Shown: positions 61,630-64,000 of the stretch, in pieces | Position numbering within the stretch: the first letter of the stretch is position 1 | Layout of the letters: every line of letters starts with the position of its first letter | Assembly (NCBI GenBank): GCA_022360655.1 | Contig: JAKSCK010000116.1 | Coordinates: 20,162 to 84,161, forward strand | Length of the DNA stretch: 64,000 bases | From: Spirochaetales bacterium | GTDB lineage: Bacteria > Spirochaetota > Spirochaetia > DSM-2461 | Direction: 5' to 3' | Program-made: the position numbers and the translations under genes | The notes under the pieces: generated by a model | The model's input: only the letters and a program-made list of their open reading frames with translations | Told to the model about the DNA's origin: nothing | The model's database searches: none

Positions 61630-63509
61630 GCCTCCAGTTTCTCCACAATGGTAAACAGCACTGTGGATTCTGCCACATCAGCCTCTTTAAGCTTGAGTCG
61701 GACCCATGTCCCAGGAGCCATTTCTCCTTTCACAGCCACCCGTGTTTCCAGGGCAATTTCTGGAAGAAGGAAAAATCCCTGGCGTTCACGCCTGTCCACC
61801 ATGATGGCCTCACACGTGTATCCAGGGCGAGCCTTGAGCCAATGAATCTTCCAAAAAAGATTGGAACGACGTTCACTTTGCACCAAGCTGCCTGATCGTG
61901 TTTCATAGGCAGCTAATCCTTGGAGAACATCCTCCGCTTCAAGAATCTCTCCCCCAAGGATGGCCTGACGAATCTGCTGACTGGCAATGAGATCTGGGTA
62001 ACGACGAAGCGGACTGGTCACACGAGAATAGGTTTCCAAGCCCAAACCAGAATGCGGAGAGCACTCCAGGGTGGTTCGACTCCTCTTCATTCCCCGCCGT
62101 TTGGCAAATTGAGCCACATAATCTGGTTGCTCTGTATTGAGGCTTACCTCTTGAGAGGAGGTAGCATCATCCCTTTTCTCACCAGAGGAATCGGAGATTT
62201 CTTGAACGGCAAATGGGATGGGAAGTTGGCGCTCTTGGCACCACTGTGCCGCATAGGTGCCTGCCATCAACATGGCTTCTGTCACCACTTCACGGCTCTT
62301 TCGTTCCGGCAAGGAGGTGATGCTGACTTCACCATTCTCATTCACTCGGACTTTCACTTCAGGCATGCGGATGGAAATGGCCCCAGCAGACTGTCGGCGT
62401 TGATGAAATGCCTCTGTAAATCGGCGCATGGTAGCAAAAGGCTCTTCCTGCATACGCTCATCGGCTTGCGCATAGGTGAGACGCGTGACGCGAACCGTTG
62501 TAAGGTGAATGGAAAACTCTTGAGGCACTCCATCTTCATCCATCAAAAACGCATAGGAAAGAGCTGGAGATGTGGGATGCAATCCCAAGCCCAAAGTTTC
62601 TGCGGCCTGAGGAGGAAGCATCGGCACTGTTTTTTCGGGAAGATAAAGGCTACTCGACCGTTCTCTTGCCACTTCATCCGCAAGAGAACCAGCAGGGACA
62701 AGAGAGGCCGCATCAGCAATGTGCACCCAGAAACGTTCCCCATCCCATGCCACCGCATCATCCGGATCTTTGTTTCCCTCATCATCAATGGCAAAAGCCT
62801 CAACCGATGTGAGATCGAGTCGGGGAACCTCTTGGGGAATCTCTAAGGCCACATCTGGTGCCTCAAGAGGTACTCCAAGCCTCAAAGGGTGGGGATTCCA
62901 GGTACCATCAACAGCACCAGAGGCCAGCATGGTACGATGGGCATTTTCTGGAGATTGTGTTTTTCCAAGGGCTTTGAGAATTCGTGATCCCTTACTTTTT
63001 CCAAGGGCATACATTTCCAAATCTCGAAGAAATGGTTCATCCGCTTCTCGATCAATACGATGAGTTTTGAAGCGTTGAATGAAATCTTCCCATTTTGCCT
63101 CTGCCTCTGCTTTTTCCGCATCGGCTTGCTTGCGTGCAATGACAGACTGCTCATCCGCTACAATGATGGCCTCCGGTGTCCCTTGAAACCACGGTGTGCG
63201 GTTCAACAGTTTAAAAGCCATCCATGCGGTTGAAGGGGTATGTTCGCCATACACAATCTCTGCAAGCTCTGTCAAAGAAGGAGTTTCCCCCTGCAACAAT
63301 TCCCAGGCTTCTTCTGGCTGTCCTTCTGGCGCTTGAGATTCAAGATCAGGGAAACCCACAGTGGGACCAGGATGAAGTATCAAAACATCCTTTTCCCGAA
63401 CACTCCGTGTTTTCCCTCCAGGAAGCTGTATGTCAATTTTATCACCAGCTCCAGTGACCAGAGCTGGTGATTGTTTATAAAGGACAAGACTATCTTTGGT
63501 CAGTTTCAT
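61626..63509 (-). CDS. RNase II/R family 3'-5' exoribonuclease (RNB domain)
   Basis: Start set to the ATG 63509 after AGGAGA. RNB-domain motifs (DDEGNKDPDDAV, RVTSPLRRYPDL). Confidence 0.85.
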   Translation of the reverse strand: MKLTKDSLVLYKQSPALVTGAGDKIDIQLPGGKTRSVREKDVLILHPGPTVGFPDLESQAPEGQPEEAWELLQGETPSLTELAEIVYGEHTPSTAWMAFKLLNRTPWFQGTPEAIIVADEQSVIARKQADAEKAEAEAKWEDFIQRFKTHRIDREADEPFLRDLEMYALGKSKGSRILKALGKTQSPENAHRTMLASGAVDGTWNPHPLRLGVPLEAPDVALEIPQEVPRLDLTSVEAFAIDDEGNKDPDDAVAWDGERFWVHIADAASLVPAGSLADEVARERSSSLYLPEKTVPMLPPQAAETLGLGLHPTSPALSYAFLMDEDGVPQEFSIHLTTVRVTRLTYAQADERMQEEPFATMRRFTEAFHQRRQSAGAISIRMPEVKVRVNENGEVSITSLPERKSREVVTEAMLMAGTYAAQWCQERQLPIPFAVQEISDSSGEKRDDATSSQEVSLNTEQPDYVAQFAKRRGMKRSRTTLECSPHSGLGLETYSRVTSPLRRYPDLIASQQIRQAILGGEILEAEDVLQGLAAYETRSGSLVQSERRSNLFWKIHWLKARPGYTCEAIMVDRRERQGFFLLPEIALETRVAVKGEMAPGTWVRLKLKEADVAESTVLFTIVEKLEA

Positions 63510-64000
63510 GGTTCTCCTGCATTCGACACCGGGCTTCCCGGAATCGTTCGAACGCAGAAGCGAGTTCTTCAAGGGCTGTTTTCACCCCTTCACGCAATCC
63601 TTCGTCCACAACTGATCCCGTAGCCTTGGCTCTTTTTTCCAGACGGAGGGCAACTTCAGCCATCTCATCAGCCATCAGATTCATGGCCCCTCCTTTGATG
63701 GAATGGGCTTCACGGTGCAGACTCTCCGCATCGCGATCATCGAAGGCTTTTTGGGCTCGTTCAAATCGGGAAGGAACATCCTCACAGAATCCATCAATCA
63801 GTTCTGCAACCACATCCTTCTCACCATCAAACTCGCCAAGGAGATCAGTATAACGGAGGACAGCCGGTGCCGGAACCAACACGTTCCCTCCCTCGGAAAC
63901 TTGATCACGACTCCCAGAACTTGGCAAAGACGGTGTTGCTGGAAAGTCTGCATCCTGGAAAGAAGAATCAGCTGGAGACGAAAGTCCCAAGGATGATGCC
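63490..64000 (-). CDS. Hpt (histidine phosphotransfer) domain, 3' end of a gene that continues beyond the window
   Basis: Hpt motif HREAHSIKGGAMNL. The reading frame stays open to the window edge (the only in-window start is a TTG at 63990), so this is probably the C-terminus of a larger hybrid sensor protein. The stop overlaps the RNase gene start by 20 nt. Confidence 0.7.
   Translation of the reverse strand, partial: ASSLGLSSPADSSFQDADFPATPSLPSSGSRDQVSEGGNVLVPAPAVLRYTDLLGEFDGEKDVVAELIDGFCEDVPSRFERAQKAFDDRDAESLHREAHSIKGGAMNLMADEMAEVALRLEKRAKATGSVVDEGLREGVKTALEELASAFERFREARCRMQENHETDQR

Noticed and set aside
61920-62846. 308-aa plus-strand ORF inside the RNase II-family gene.
   Set aside because: Antisense shadow ORF; the RNB motifs are on the minus strand.
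1-64000. CRISPR arrays, IS elements, prophage or known defence-system genes.
   Set aside because: No regularly spaced direct repeats, no transposase/integrase/phage-like ORFs and no recognisable defence genes (restriction, Cas, abortive-infection nucleases). Lhr is a repair-type helicase here, without partner nuclease genes.

Overview
Gene-dense chromosomal segment of about 50% GC, apparently from a saccharolytic bacterium; I cannot fix the taxonomy from this window. I support about 50 protein-coding genes, one tRNA-Phe(GAA) and several intrinsic-terminator-like hairpins and operator-like palindromes. I saw no rRNA, CRISPR array, transposase, integrase or prophage genes.

Left to right: GNAT acetyltransferase; a divergent LysE exporter / MocR regulator pair; a yehZYXW-like osmoprotectant ABC operon followed by a flavoprotein disulfide reductase and a 7-bladed lactonase; an EamA transporter; a translationally coupled trio of NahK-like N-acetylhexosamine kinase, AraC DNA-binding-domain-only protein and cytoplasmic CBM9-like protein, with a divergent AraC regulator; an Lhr-type large helicase; threonine aldolase; two HAD phosphatases; a small ORF plus an ArsR-type regulator with a large unknown N-terminal domain; an NSS transporter; and a response regulator / PAS histidine kinase pair.

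A carbohydrate island of about 29 kb follows (26.5-55.1 kb). It holds three CUT1-type ABC importers, none with an ATPase gene, plus GH4, GH31 and GH2 hydrolases, two LacI regulators and one ROK regulator. The island ends in a PPi-type phosphofructokinase paralog, a PIG-L deacetylase, a double-SIS protein and a 689-aa DUF4954-like protein.

The right end carries a ClC channel; a TetR regulator plus an ABC-2 exporter whose ATPase has one in-frame TGA at the signature-motif glycine; TtcA; tRNA-Phe; and an overlapping Hpt / RNase II-family / exported zinc-ribbon protein cluster.

The best candidate for an undescribed system is the ROK-ABC-PFK-PIG-L-SIS-DUF4954 locus. It looks like an amino-sugar or glycoside catabolic route with at least one unassigned step. 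All functional calls come from reading motifs in the translations; no database search was run.
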